Numbered from the stretch's first letter, positions 40,101-54,355 are shown. The stretch: DNA of 64,000 nt from Octopus sinensis (GCF_006345805.1 NC_043013.1:25792001-25856000), one strand, 5' to 3'. The notes: generated from the letters alone by a model not told the origin. Translations and numbers: made by a program.

Positions 40101-41266
40101 ATGGTGCTTGCATTAGAAACTATAGAATATATCCTCTTTTCTAGGTTGAAGGGGATATTCATTCTGGTGTGCCTGGGGTGGCATGGGCTGAACGGTAGAT
40201 ATTGCTTGGTGTCCGTGGGCTTATAGTATATATGTCTTTTTATTACATTGTTAGATAAGCCCACGAACTCCAAGCAATATCTACCGTTCGATTCATGCCA
40301 CTCCAGACACACCAGAATGAATATCCCCTTCAAATTAGCAAAAAGGATATGTACTATAGTTTCTAATGCAAACACCAGAGACACACGACTACATGAACTA
40401 AAGGATACTCTCATCACCAGGAACTACCCACCTTCACTAATTGACATATGCTTTCAAAGTGCCCTTCAACTCAACATCCACGAACTCAGACATCCCAAAT
40501 TAGGAGATTTACAACCAAAAGCCCTACCATACATTTCCACACACAACCCACTTAACAATGAAGCCTTCGACACCATCCTTCAAAACAGTCCCCCTGCTAA
40601 AAAAGGACCATAGAAAGAACTTAATACTCCAAACACACACCATCATAAAAAGCAAGAGACAACCCAAATCTATGAAAAGTCTCCTAACACAAGCCCGAAT
40701 ACGCTCAACAACAACACAGAAACCGTCAGTAAAAAATGCGGAAGAACCAACTGTGGGATATGCGTCAATTTAATTGTGGGATTAGAGTTCTCCTTCAAAC
40801 GGGGACAATGTTTCACAATGAAAAGCAGCTTCACATGTACTTCGGAGAACCCGATATACGCACTAACCTGCTCTGGGTGTCAAGAGCAATACATAGACCA
40901 AACAAAAAACAGTCTACATAAAAGGATGGCTCTGCACAGATCCCAGATCAAAATTCCCCAAAACAGAAAAATCGCATTAAGCCAACACATCGACATTTGC
41001 GCCAATAACAAAAATCCAAGCTTCGGAATTTCCCCCTCTACCAATTCACGGACGATACAATCTGTAGCCAACGAATTAGTAAAGAGACTCTTTATTAAAA
41101 AATACAGACCCGTTTTGAACGCATCTACAACAAACGACATATCCACCACGGCCTTAAAATAACACAAACACACGCAAATATTAAAAAGAGATTCCCAAGA
41201 ATTCATTAAAAGACAGTCCCAATCACTGCTATAATCCATAACGAGTCACTTTTAGCTCACTTGACA

Positions 41267-41420
41267 ATTTCTTCTTCTTCTTCTTCTTCTTCTTCTTCTT
41301 CTTCTTCTTCTTCTTCTTCTTCTTCTTCTTCTTCTTCTTCTTCTTCTTCTTCTTCTTCTTCTTCTTCTTCTTCTTCTTCTTCTTCTTCTTCTTCTTCTTC
41401 TTCTTCTTCTTCTTCTTCTC
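41267..41420. repeat. (TTC)n microsatellite
   Basis: Direct reading. Confidence 0.95.
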
Positions 41421-41587
41421 CTTCTCTGCCAAGGATTCACAACGCCCTCGAACCCACAAGAGTAAACAAGAGAGACAGAGACAGACAGAAACAAGGAAAA
41501 TGCCCCTTGTATTTGAATACTATGCAAATATTCTTTTAAAAAACTTTTCTTTTAATTTTTCTAAAATTTAATTGTTTTCTATACTTA

Positions 41588-41623
41588 CAGTTGAAAAAGT
41601 CTCAATGACTGAAACCGGTACTG
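41588..41623 (+). ncRNA. Minimal hammerhead, U3-A8 core variant
   Basis: CAG-TTGAAAA-AGTC-tcaat-GACT-GAA-ACCGGT-A-CTG. Confidence 0.6.
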
Positions 41624-41849
41624 AAATGTTCTTTATAAAATTATTTTAGCATTTTCTACCTTGACTTTCTTTTTCATATATATCTACTCTACTGGTGTTC
41701 CTTTTCAACCTTCTACGTGCGTACACATACATACACACACTACACATATGTGTAATAAATTATATATATATATATATAATATATAGTATATATATATATA
41801 TATATATACCACCACACAACACACCACACACACACACACACACACACAC

Positions 41850-41894
<45 letters not shown>

Positions 41895-42600
41895 CACATA
41901 CATACATACATACATATATAATATAATTTAAATTAATCAGAAAATGGAGAAATCTTGATCAACAACAACTGACTAACATCTATTATTACAAAACTTTATC
42001 CCATCTAACAGCCGTTTCTGCTTCCAATGTCCCACGGTGCTGCCATTGAAAATTCTGAAGATAATAATCATCATATTTTGTAACACATCCGATTTGGAAC
42101 ATGGAGCTTCATCAGAGTAAAGAAAAATACATAAAAGAAAAGAGGAAGAGCCTCGAGAAGAAGAATGACGGGTTTATATATTTAAATCATACCATTTTGC
42201 ACTGTAGCACTACAGGACGTTGAGTAAATGACTAAACTAGAAATATCAATTGGTGGGTTAATCTTTCTTTAGGGGTAACAGGGTGTATGAATAATAAAAA
42301 AGTAAAATACTTTACTATAACTGGATACGTCAATAGGTCTAGAAAAAGAGGGAGTGATAGTGTCATAACGTTTAGAAGTAATCATAATAGTTCTTGAGAT
42401 TATGTTAATAGTACTAATTAATAGTTTATCCGAATAAAATGCCCATCAGTTAATTACAATTATTTACTTACTGATATATTGTAAAGAGCAACCCCTATTG
42501 CCCGTAATAGGATTGACCAAAGTCCAACTTTCGATATAATTGGTCTGTTAAATTTAAAAACAAAAGACAAGCTATTAAAACCGTTATACGGGTAGATGTA

Positions 42601-43883
42601 TTAGGTTGTCAGGAAAGTTCTTGCGGAATTTTAAATTTTGGTTTTAAATGATGTATTTTCAAATTAATTTTCGTTACATTACTTTGACTTAATATATCAT
42701 TTTAAAGCATGTTTTTCGCTCTATCTAATCCTATTTCTCTGTTTCTTTTTGAATAATTAGGCCATTTTTTTCCAGAACGTTGAATACAACATGGACAAAA
42801 AGCAAATTCGTAAAATTTTCTTATTCCAGTTCAAGCCAGGCCGAAAAGCTGCTGAAACAGCTTGCGATATCAACGATGCGTTTGGCCCAGGAACCACTAA
42901 TTAACGTACAGCACAATGGTGGTTCAAGAAATTTGGTAGCGGTGACGAGAGTCTTGAAGATGATAAGCGTAGTTGTCGGCCATTGAATATTGACAACGAT
43001 CAACTGAGGGCCTTAGTGGAAGCCAATCCACGCACAACTGTTCGAGAGCTTGCTTCTGAATTAGACGTAACGTAAACGACAATTTCCAACCACTTGAAAG
43101 AGATTGGAAAAACAAAAATACCTGAGAAATGAGTGCCACATGAATTGAACGACAACCAAAAATAACACCGTTTTGAAGTGTCGTCTTCCCTTCTTTTATG
43201 CAACAAGAACGACCAGTTTTTCGACCGGATTGTGACTTACGATGAAAAGTGGATTCTTTATGACAACCGGCGATGCTCAGCTCAGTGGGTGGAAGCCGAC
43301 GAAGCTCCAGGATACTTCCCGAAGTCAAAGTTGCACCAAAAGAAGGTCATGGTGACTGTTTTGTAGTCTGCGGCCGGTCTCATCCATCACAGCTTTTTGG
43401 ATCCAGGCGAAACCATTACGGTGGAGAAGTACTGTCAGAAAATGGATGAAATGCATAAGAAACGCCGACAACAGCCAGCATTGGTCAATAGAAAAGGACC
43501 AGTTCTTCTCCACGACAACGCTCGGCCGCACGCCGCACAACTGAGTCTGCAGAAGTTGAACCAATTGGGCTACGAAACTCTGCCTCATCCGCCATACTCA
43601 TCAGACCTCTCGCCTACCGACTACCACTTTTTCAAGCATCTCGACAACTTCCTGCGTGAAAAGTGCTTCAAAAACAAGACGATGCCAAACACGCCTTCAA
43701 CGACTTCATCGCCACCAGAACGCTGGATTTTTACGCTACTGGCATAAATAAACTTGTTTCGCGTTGGCAAAAGTGGGCTGATTCTGATGGTGTTTATTTC
43801 GATTAAAAAAGTTTTGTTTGAGCCGAGATATGTGCATCTGAATTTAAAGGTTAAAAGCCGCAAGAACTTTCTTGACAACTTAA
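42601..43883 (+). mobile_element. Mariner (Tc1/mariner) DNA transposon, full length, inactivated transposase (ATG 42791 to ~43806)
   Basis: TIRs TTAGGTTGTCAGGAAAGTTCTTGCGG / CCGCAAGAACTTTCTTGACAACTTAA, left TA; motifs DRIVTYDEKW, HDNARPH, HPPYSSDLSPTDYHFF; stops and frameshifts. Confidence 0.93.
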
Positions 43884-44569
43884 ATAAAAAAGTAAATAAA
43901 AAGTAAAAGTCTGGAGAAGTAATGTATGTTATAAGTGGCCCAAAGCCGCGTAAGACATTATAAATAAAAAAACAAGCAAACATGTAAACAGGCACCATGC
44001 GAAGGAATGAACATCGCCCGAAGTGTCGTTAAAACCTAGAGATCGCTATTTGGACTATTGCGGGTTAAGGCGTTTGGGGCAGAATTGTACAAAAGCTTTA
44101 TAAAATAGGAGAGATTAGTAGATAAAGAAAGGAAATGAATTAGTAGGGAAGGGAAGAGGGAGGGGGATAAAAGTGGAACTACTGTTAAGGGGAGACTACC
44201 GTTAAGGGAAGTTAATGGCTAGGGCAACAGAATCTAACTTTAGAAGTTGACTTCGTATTATAATTCTCTAAATGAAGGTCACTGCCCTAGCCGTAGTTCT
44301 ACTTTTATCCCTCCTCTTCCTTTCCCTGGTAATTAATTTCCTTTCTTTATCTACTAATCTCTCATTCCTATTCTATAAGGCTTTTGTCCAATTCCTCACC
44401 CCTCCAATCGCTTGATGGAAACGATCGTACTGCATCATTTCTTGACATCCTGTTGCTTATTTTGATTTTATTCACCTAACTTCGAGCTGTGGGTAATACC
44501 GGACTGACTTGGTGCTTCAACTTAAGTACCTAATTCAACTGAATCTCAGTTATTTCTCTCTCTCTCTCT

Positions 44570-44611
<42 letters not shown>

Positions 44612-44638
44612 ATATATATATACATATATATATTATAT

Positions 44639-44705
<67 letters not shown>

Positions 44706-46149
44706 TATATATATAAATATAATTTATAATAAGGATAATATCGATATTATCAAGTGGCCAGCATGGGAATAAATACCATACAACGGTAATAATTTTTACA
44801 AAACTATAATAAGGGTATCTGAGAGACACCACCATGCCGAAATAGCAGTCAAGACCCTGACTCTAAAAACCATCATAAATGTTCATATCACACCATGAGA
44901 TAAGGCAGAGAGACAAAATAAACTAGCAAAAAGATATTACTGGATAATTCAAGATCCTGGGTTTCTAGCTTTGCTTCAAATAAACATATGTTTACTCCAT
45001 AACAAGTATGTTATATACACGACAAGTACCAGTAATTCATATATAAATTATATATATTTAGCACTGATAATTAAAGTAAATTTAGAAGTGGTTGAAATGG
45101 AGTCTAAATTTCATATCTGTCCTGATCCTATTATCAGCTTTGCACGGGGCTGACCCCCAAACATTCAGACAGCTGCAACACCTTAAAACACTTTTGCAAT
45201 ATTTTTACAACACTATCATAGGACACCGGCTCCCGACTCCCGGCCCCACACCGCCTCTATCTACATTCCAAACAGGCATAAAAATATAGACACAGAAATA
45301 GCAGAAGTATGAATAACCTAATTGGTTTGAAACACCTTGCAGAGATACACACCATTAATGAATGATGAATGCTGCGAATCAATAAGCAGCTTGCTCCCAA
45401 CTGGGCCAACGCTGTTAACATCGCTGGAGTCGTTTCCAGAATCTATATATATATACGAACCTAGCCGACGAGGAAACCTTTTCATGATCACTTTAATTGC
45501 TAGAAATAATAGCAGCTAAATCTTCGAATTACATCGTACTATCTTTAAAAAAAATGTAGCCCTTGATATGTTAACATGAGGGATGGTTATGATTGGAAGG
45601 CTTTAATCATAGAATGCTCAGACTGGATTTACCTTGGGCTAAACAACAATTCCAGTAACAGCAGCAACAACATCAATAGTTGTACAAACGAGTAAATGAA
45701 AGTGTCTTTACTTGGTGGTGCAACTTGCAAGAAATAGGCAATTAAAGCTCTTTCAAATAACAGCCAACGGTCTTAGAAAAAAGAAAAACAAATCGAACAA
45801 TGTAGATAAAGAGATGTAATAATGACGGCTGTAACACCTTTGGTCTTTGGTTTACAGGATCAAGACGGACCTAGGGCTAAACAAGAGATACAAGAAATCT
45901 GATTTGATGATAAAGAATATGCAACGTGTCCTGTCTATCATAGCTGTTGGTTCTCATCCTATTTGACTTCGTGGTATGTACGTTGGAGAATGTCATAAAG
46001 CAATATAAAAACTTATAAGTGGATTGGAAATTAGCTAAACAAGGTTATTTGTGAAGTTCGCATAAAAATCGCATAGTATAAAAATATAGGCAGCTAAGCC
46101 CTTTTCCATAATACATACATACATACATATCCAAATTGAGGGAATGGAA

Positions 46150-46608
46150 CGGATAAAATGCAGGCTACATATGTTCCTCAGCTAGCTATCTTCTTGATGT
46201 AACAATTACTCCTATCCCTTGGAAAATAAATGCTTCACTAAAAATATTGTATATAAATGCACAGTCTCCATAGAGGATTCCAAGTGTGTATATATTGGCT
46301 CATGGAGTACCAACTTCAGGGCGAGAAACGTTAATCACTACTCTAGCTTTAAATCTCAAGCGAAAACTAACGGTTTTCTCTATCTAGACTCACTCATATC
46401 CTCATACATGACTCAGTTTGCATACAATATGAAATGGTCCAGTGTTACGTATGCTAAGCTGTATAGCGGTTATAACCTCAAATACGATCTCTGCATTGCA
46501 GAAGTCTTGTCTATTATGCAATGCGACTATTGCATAAACGAACGGAGTGCTCTCATTCTTAACTGTAAGCACAAATTACGTAACACGTTCTTAAAGTACA
46601 AATGTTAG
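46150..46608 (+). pseudogene. PLE GIY-YIG endonuclease remnant
   Basis: ORF 46219-46608: NIVYKCTV...VYIGSWSTNFRARNVNHYSSF...MKWS...YDLCIAEVLSI...INERSAL...CKHK; same type as 18115-18560. Confidence 0.8.
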
Positions 46609-47339
46609 TGTCTCACCCAGAAATCTCCCTTCATCTAATCTTCCTTCATCACTTCTATTTTGATTTCTCCTAAGTATTTATAACCATTACTTTTTCGAGT
46701 AATTTTTAAAATATATTTTTTTTACTTTATTTGTGGTCTCCTTATGTTCTCTTCTACTTTTTACCATTTCCTTTATATAATCCCGTATTTATTTATTTAT
46801 TTATTTACTTATTCTTTTCCCCTCTTTTTCTTTTTCCTTTTTTCTTTTTCCCTTTTTTAAAACCCTCTTTACTCTTTTTCTTTTTCTCTCTCTTTGTTTC
46901 TTGTTTTCTTTTTGTTCTCGTAGGTACACGTATATACTTGCATACCTACCTTTTGTATATCTGGACATATGCATAGTTATATATGTATACGCGCGTGTGT
47001 ATGCGGGTGGAGTCATATGCCTCTGAGCACTCAAGCATATTTGTATATACATTTACATCGAAAGGAGTGTCTACATGCGAGACACACGCTCATGTAAGCA
47101 TGTGTTTGGGTGTTGCTTGAGCATGTGTTTGGGTGTCAATTTTCTGTTCGCATTGATTTCATATTCAGTATAATGATACACTTTTATAGGCTAATTAATG
47201 ATGTGAAAGTAATTTTCGCTATATATCAATAAACAAAGAGTTATTTATAATTAAAGTTTGAAAATTTTGGTAATTTTAGTCAATCGTAAGCCACAGACAC
47301 CCGTGCTATTTTCAGGATATTGACGACAAAATGTGCAGT

Positions 47340-47888
47340 CACGACCTCGGCGTAATTTGAACTCAGAACGTAGCGACGGGCGAAATACCTCTAATCTTTT
47401 CGTCCAGCGTGTTAACCATACTTTTCTACTAATGGCACAAGGCCTGACATTTTTGGGGACGAAGCTAGTCGATTAGATCTACCCCAGTACGCAACTGGTA
47501 CTTAATTTATCGACCCCGAAAGGATGAAAGGCAAAGTTGACCTCGGCAGAATTTGAACTCAGAACGTAGCAACGGGTGAAATACCGTCAAACGTGCTAAC
47601 GATTCTGCCAGCTCGCCGCCTTAAGCCAAATCATAATAATAATAATAATAATACTCATGGGAACTGCCCATATCCTACGTAAAATACTGTCTATGTAATC
47701 TCAAATTTTAAAACAAACTTATAATTTTCTTATGTTTTCTTAAACATACTCTAGAACAATACTATGTACAAAACTAATTATATAACACCCTAGGCATAAC
47801 ACCAACATGTACTTCTAACTTGTTGTCTCTTGAGGTCTCTGGGTGAGACTTGGAGTCAACTTGTGCAAATACAAAGCAAAAGTTAAAC

Positions 47889-47948
<60 letters not shown>

Positions 47949-48415
47949 TAATAATAATAATAATAATCCTTTCTATTGAAATTTCGTGGGAGGGGCTAAG
48001 TCGATTACATCGGCCCCAGTGTACAACTAGTACTTATTTTTTCGACCCCAAAATGGATGAAAGGCAAAGTCGACTTTGACTTTTATCCTTTTTGGAGTCG
48101 AAAAAATAAGTACCAGTTGAACAGTGGGGGCGATGTAATCGACTTAGCGCCTTCCCCCAGAATTACTGGCTTTGTGCCATAATTTGAAATCAATATTCTT
48201 TTCTACTCTAGGCACAAGGCTCGAAATTTTAGGGGAAGGGGAGTCAGTCGATTAGATCGACTCCAGTACGCAACTGGTACTTAATTTATCGAGCCCGAAA
48301 GGATTAAAGGCAAAGTCGACTGCGGCGGAATTTGAACTCAGAACGTAACGGCAGACAAAATACCGCCAAGCATTTCGCCCGACGTGCCAACGCTTCTGCC
48401 AGCTCGCCGCCTTAA
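47340..48415. mobile_element. SINE family A cluster (both orientations)
   Basis: Core and tail motifs read directly; further clusters at ~49525-50400 and ~51030-51432. Confidence 0.8.
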
Positions 48416-50211
48416 TTTGAAATCAATATTAAGAATTCATTATTAGCCTCTGCGCAGATGCACTTCTGTTTGCACTTCAGTCCCTGGCGACTTAAAAGGT
48501 TTCCCAACCTGTCTCTCTTCCCCCTTAATAACAAAGTGACAGCATTTTTTTCAATGCCAGATCAATGATCTGGTCAGTTATCGGGACAATGACACAAAAA
48601 GTCACAATGCCATATGTGAGTGAATGATTTTACATTACTGTTCATCGATGCTTATGAAAAATGGATAATCTTATGAAACTGGTTTCTATTTTAAAACATT
48701 TTCTTTCTCATATAACACGATTTCTTCTAGCATCAGTTTCAAATGAAAATCCCAGATTATTAAATTTTCAACTCTATAAATATACATCATTTAGAATATA
48801 GTTTCTAAAATTAGAATCTTGTGTAAGGATATTGATTCTATCGTCTGAGACTATGCTTTCTATCAGACGATAAATTATAGTTCTTAATGAGAATTTTGAT
48901 GTGACAGACGGGAGAAGAGAGGGGAGGAGGAACCAATAAAATCTGCTTAAAATATTTCACCAGCTTTTACAACACTCTCCCAGCTAAACAGAAACTGTCC
49001 GCACAATTAGCTAATGTGTTAACACACCTAGAACAATTCCCAAAACACCACTAACACTTTACTAAGTTACCTACACAGATCGCTAGCGCCCAAACACGCA
49101 CCAAACTAAAATGCGAATACACTTGATGTTTTAAGAGATTTAAGTAACACGTCAATACGCTCAGTCTGAGCTGTGACGCGGCTGGAAATCTCCAGATACA
49201 GGTTCGATTCGCTACACTGCTCTTTCTTTTTACATTACTATTTTCAGTTTTTACATCCTTAATTTCTGATTGGAGTCAATGACATAGCTAACTTACCCAC
49301 ATACCAAAGTATGACAAAAATCCCTACTCAATGTCTTGACAGTATCATATATCTCAGCCTTCGCAGCTCGTGTCACAATATATTTGCTAAAGTATCAACA
49401 CATCTGGTTATGTAACAGCATTGTTTATTGTTAATAAAAAAAAAATCCATCAGAAAGTGGACAATGATGTTTGCTGGAATGGCATGGCGCCAACCTAAAT
49501 GCCTCACAAAATTCAATTTCCGTGAAGGCGGCAAGCGGCAGAATCGTTACCGCGCCGGATCAAATGCTTAGCGGCATCTCACTCATCTTTACTTTCTGAG
49601 TTCAAATTCCTCTGAGATCGACTTTACCTTTAATTCTTTTGGGGCCGACTAACGTCTTCCTAGCTTTGTGTCGAAACTTGAAAGCAATGTTTAGCTTTGG
49701 TAAGGCCGCGAGCTGGCAGAATGGTTAGCTCGTCGGACAACATGTCCCTTTTTAATAAACCATTCTGCTGAAATTTTGTGGGGAGGGGGCCAGTCGATTA
49801 CATCAACTCCAGTGCGTAACTGGCGCTTATTTCATCGACCTCGAAAAGATGAAAGGCAAAGTCGAGCTCGGCGGAATTTGAACTCAAAACACAGCGACGG
49901 GCGAAATGCTGATAAGCATTTTGCTCGGCGTGCTAACGATTCTGCCAGCTCACCACCTTCATAATAATAATGATAATAATAATAATAATAATCCTTTCTA
50001 TTATAGTCACAAAGCATGAAATTTGGTGGGAGGGGGGGTTTAGTCCTATCGACCCAAGTGTATAACTGGTACTTAAGGATGAAAGGCAATGTCCACCGTT
50101 CTGGAATTTGAACTCAGAACGTAGCGACGGGTGAAATACCGCTAAGCATTTCGTCCAACGTGCTACCGATTCTGCCAGCATGTCACCTTAATAATAATAA
50201 TAATAATAATG

Positions 50212-50297
<86 letters not shown>

Positions 50298-50399
50298 TTA
50301 TTTATTTATTGTCCACAGGGAGCTAAACATAGAGGGGAAAAATGACAGACAAAGGGTTTAAGTAGATTACATCGACCCCAGTGCATAACTGGTACTTAT

Positions 50400-50455
<56 letters not shown>

Positions 50456-50456
<1 letters not shown>

Positions 50457-51010
50457 GCCCTGATGCAGTACCAGGCAGTGGCTCTCATGGCTTCTGATCT
50501 TAACTGATTGGAAGTGTTATCATGTACATTGTTTTGTCTTGGTATAAAAGATGGGCTACAGCAAATATTCTGCTCAATACCACAGATTTGCTTGTCAGTT
50601 GTTTGGCCTTAACCAGTTGAGCATGTCCCTTAGTGGCTGACGATATGTGCATCTCTGATCACGAGCAAAAGTAGTGGGGGAGCATCATGGCCATGTGTTG
50701 AGAGGGATTCTTTGGGGTTTGAATAATTCACCTCTGGAAACATAGGTGTTTCGTTCAACATCCTAAAGCAACCCTTATTCAGGGACCTTTTGAGCAGGAT
50801 GGGCTACTCAACCTGAAGAAAATTCTAACTGGGCTCCACCTGCAAGGTCATGTGCTGTTTATCTTGATATGAGATCACCATGTCGCGCACATATGGTTGT
50901 GATGCATGTGCCTGGTGTACCTTTATCAGACGGGTAGTCATGATGGGTATATTGGGCTTCGTATATTTTACCCCAGTGTCACTTTGATGGCATGAACTGC
51001 TCTCTCACTC
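50456..51010. mobile_element. (AAT)n-flanked repeat, full copy
   Basis: Near-identical to 5029-5582; (AAT)n on both sides. Confidence 0.85.
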
Positions 51011-51667
51011 AATAATAATAATAATAATAAGAGCCTTTTCTACTCTAGACACAAGGCTCGATTTTGGGGGAGGGGACCAGTCGATTAAATCAACCTCAGT
51101 ACGCAACTGGTCCTTAATTTATCGATCCCGAAAAGATGAATGGCAAAGTCGACCTCGGCGGAATTTGAACTCAGAACGTAAAGACAGACGAAATACCTAT
51201 TTCTTTACTACCCACAAGGGGCCAAACACAGAGAAGACAAACAAGGACAGACAAACGGATTAAGTCGATTATATCGCTTCCAGGGCGTAACTGGTACTTA
51301 TTTAATCGACCCCGAAAGGATGAAAGGTAAAGTCGACCTCGACGGAATTTGAACTCAGAACGTAACGGTGGACGAAATACCGTTAAGCATTTCGCCTGTC
51401 GTACTAACGTTTCTGCCAGCTCGCCACCTTAAAAATAATAATAACAACAACAGCAACAACAGCAACAACAATAATAATGGTTTCAAATTTTGGCACCAGG
51501 ACAGCAATATCGGGGGAAAAGGAGAGAGTGATTATTTATGAAGACATTTGAGATAAACAGTAAGAAAATTTTACATCGAATTTGATGAGAAGATACTCAA
51601 GAATCCTTGACCGCCTGGATGGATTTCATAAACGTCTGATTTTTCAGAAAAACTATGAAAAGAGTAA

Positions 51668-51737
<70 letters not shown>

Positions 51738-53059
51738 GTAAATAAGTTGAAAGAAAGAGAGAGAGAAAGAGTGTGTATTTGTGCTTGTATTAGATTGGTG
51801 TCACGATGAAAGAGAAAAGGAGAGTTACGTAAGAGAGAAAGAGGGAGAGAGACAGAGAGAATGGAGAAAGACTGTAAAGAAATATCATTATGAAATATAA
51901 AGCCACTTCAAAAAATTCTTTGATATTGAGTTTACTGTGGTAATAATTTTCATTGTAGTACTTTTGCTGTGTCAGTAACATCTGCAGTAAAAGTGCTTCT
52001 ACCATGGAAGATTTAAATCCAGCACACTATGAAGGCAAATTTGATAGCAAGTTTCTGCTGTAGTAAGCAGCGGTAGCATTGGAGAATTGATGCGTCTTTC
52101 ATTAGCTTACAGCACTGAATTCAAACCTCCATTGTCTGTTTAGCTAGGAGAGGAATAGATTCAGTTTGTTTAACTAGTCTTAGATGCATTATATAAATAC
52201 GAAGATTTCAGTGGAAGAAACCACTGCAACGCCAAATGGTATTACCTTTTTGTCTTCAACACGTTTCAGTCATTGGACTGCGGCCATCGTCTTGAAAGGT
52301 GTTCTAGTCGAAGGAATCGACCTCGGTATTCACAGTTTTTAATTCTGTTAATTATTCTATTGCTTACTTTTGTCGAACCGCCACATAACGGGGGACGAAA
52401 CAAGCCAACAACGGTTGTCAAGCGGTGTGTGTGTGTGTGGGGGGGGGAAGCATATAGACTCATACACACAAGGGCGCGCGCACACACACACATATATACG
52501 GCGGGTTTCTTTCAGTTTCTGTCCACCAAATCCACTCACAAGGCTTTGGTCGGGTCGAGGATATAATTCAGTCCCACTGCGTGGCCCAAGGCGCCACGCA
52601 GTGGGACTGAACCCATAACCAACTGGTCGGAAAGTAAACTTCTTACCACGCAGCCATGCAGCCACGCCTGCGCCTATGTGGAAAAAAAGCAACACTACGC
52701 TATCCCATTCTCCTCCACACGCCTCATCGATCTTTCTGCTGAGTTAATAGGAAATCAGCAATTTCACAACTTACGATGAGCAACATAAAAATTGAAGAGT
52801 CAAAATAGAGTTCGGGTTTCAACTTCAGATCGCAGATATTCCAGTTCAGATTAGTTATGTCGCTAATACTTTCGGGAAACGCATTATGGTCCCATTTCCT
52901 CATCGACCCATTCTCAACAAAAACAATATATGCGTGCGCGCATATGTTGAAATCGCCCTTGTTTGACAACAGGTTCTGAAGCCTGGCCGTAAAGGAGTCA
53001 CTGATTTCTGTTATTAGGATTATGAGAATAAACCCCTTTCCATTCCCAGTTACAATTCG

Positions 53060-53335
53060 ACGTCAAAAATGGGCCAGCCTCGAACACACAAGTGCAAACA
53101 AGGGAGACAGAGAAAGGCAGAATGCCACTTATATTTGAACACTATACAAATATTCCTTTAAAAAAACTTTTCTTTTAATTTTTCCAAATTTAATTATTCA
53201 ATCGTTACAGTTGAAAAGGTCTCAAAATGACCGAAACCGGTACTGAAATGTTCTTTATAAAATTATTTTAGCATTTTCTATTTTGACTTGTTTTTTCATA
53301 TATATCAACTCGTGTGTTCCTTTTCACCCTTATAC
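53060..53335 (+). mobile_element. Solo PLE 3' terminal repeat, homolog of ~41440-41715
   Basis: Shared AAAAAACTTTTCTTTTAATTTTT...GAAACCGGTACTGAAATGTTCTTTATAAAATTATTTTAGCATTTTCTA; ends in (TA)n. Confidence 0.75.
53208..53245 (+). ncRNA. Minimal hammerhead, U3-A8 core variant
   Basis: CAG-TTGAAAA-GGTC-tcaaaat-GACC-GAA-ACCGGT-A-CTG. Confidence 0.62.
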
Positions 53336-53526
53336 ATATATATATATATATAAAACTTAGATAAAACTTAGATATGTTTCGACCAGAGATTGGTCCAGGC
53401 CATGTCTAACTTAATAGCACCACTTGATAGGATTATTCGAATCCTGTTTAAGTCAAGTTTTGTTCAAGTAGTGAGTTGTGAGTTGTATCCAATTATGGGT
53501 GGCTTGTCTGGTATTCTTTGAAGGAA

Positions 53527-53595
<69 letters not shown>

Positions 53596-54180
53596 TACAG
53601 GACACCACAAATAAAGGTAGAACACAACGAGAAACGAAAATAAAAAAACAAACAAGGAAACGGACTTTTTTTAACAACAAAAAACAGAGTACAAGACAAA
53701 CAATACAAGGAATATTCCCCTTCATCAGCTGTCCCTGGTTCGACTCAATGCGTGTTTCGAAGTAGAGAAAGGAGTGGTAGCCAGCCTTTATGAAACCAAT
53801 CTAAATTCCATTGATGGGAATGGTAACATGACCCAGTTCCTCAAAACTACAACTCGCCATTGTCCACTGTGGTCGTAGTTTAACCTCAAGCTATTTTTAG
53901 AAAGGAATCCAAAACACACACATGCTGACACAAAGAAGCTCACAAACACATGCTGCTATTTCAGTTGCTAAGCAACTTTCCATCTATTAGGATGGGAATG
54001 AATTTTTGTCAATGTTTGCCTTGAAGAGATTTTTACCTTTTAAATGCATAATGTAATCTTAATTGCAAAATATGAATGAAGGTAAGAAATTGAAACGTAT
54101 GTAGGCGATATGAACATGACTATTAATTAAATAAATTAATTTTTTTCTGTGTTCAAACACTCTATTTTCCTTATATATAC

Positions 54181-54226
<46 letters not shown>

Positions 54227-54268
54227 GCGTTGTTGTTGTGTTTTCTCTTTGTTCATGTTTGGATTAAC

Positions 54269-54349
<81 letters not shown>

Positions 54350-54355
54350 TATATA

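Larger units (their letters stand above)
39850..41750 (+). mobile_element. 5'-truncated Penelope-like element: RT thumb, GIY-YIG and 3' terminal repeat
   Basis: KPTNSKQYLPFDSCHSRHTRMNIPFKLAKRICTIVS (40248-40613) and FTCTSENPIYALTCSGCQEQYIDQTKNSLHKRMALHRSQI (40776-41162) match the PLE RT C-terminus and GIY-YIG; frameshifted; inverted fragments at the 5' end. Confidence 0.85.

Noticed and set aside
53350-53420. GACC..GGTC-GAAAC stem (also ~57190-57250) as a hammerhead
   Set aside because: No CUGANGA-like core and no valid stem III; better explained as the 3' stem-loop and tandem tail of the CR1/L2-type LINE.
53700-53775. Minus-strand GAAAC...GTC...CTGATGA as a permuted (type II) hammerhead
   Set aside because: Order fits, but stems I and II do not pair in that topology.
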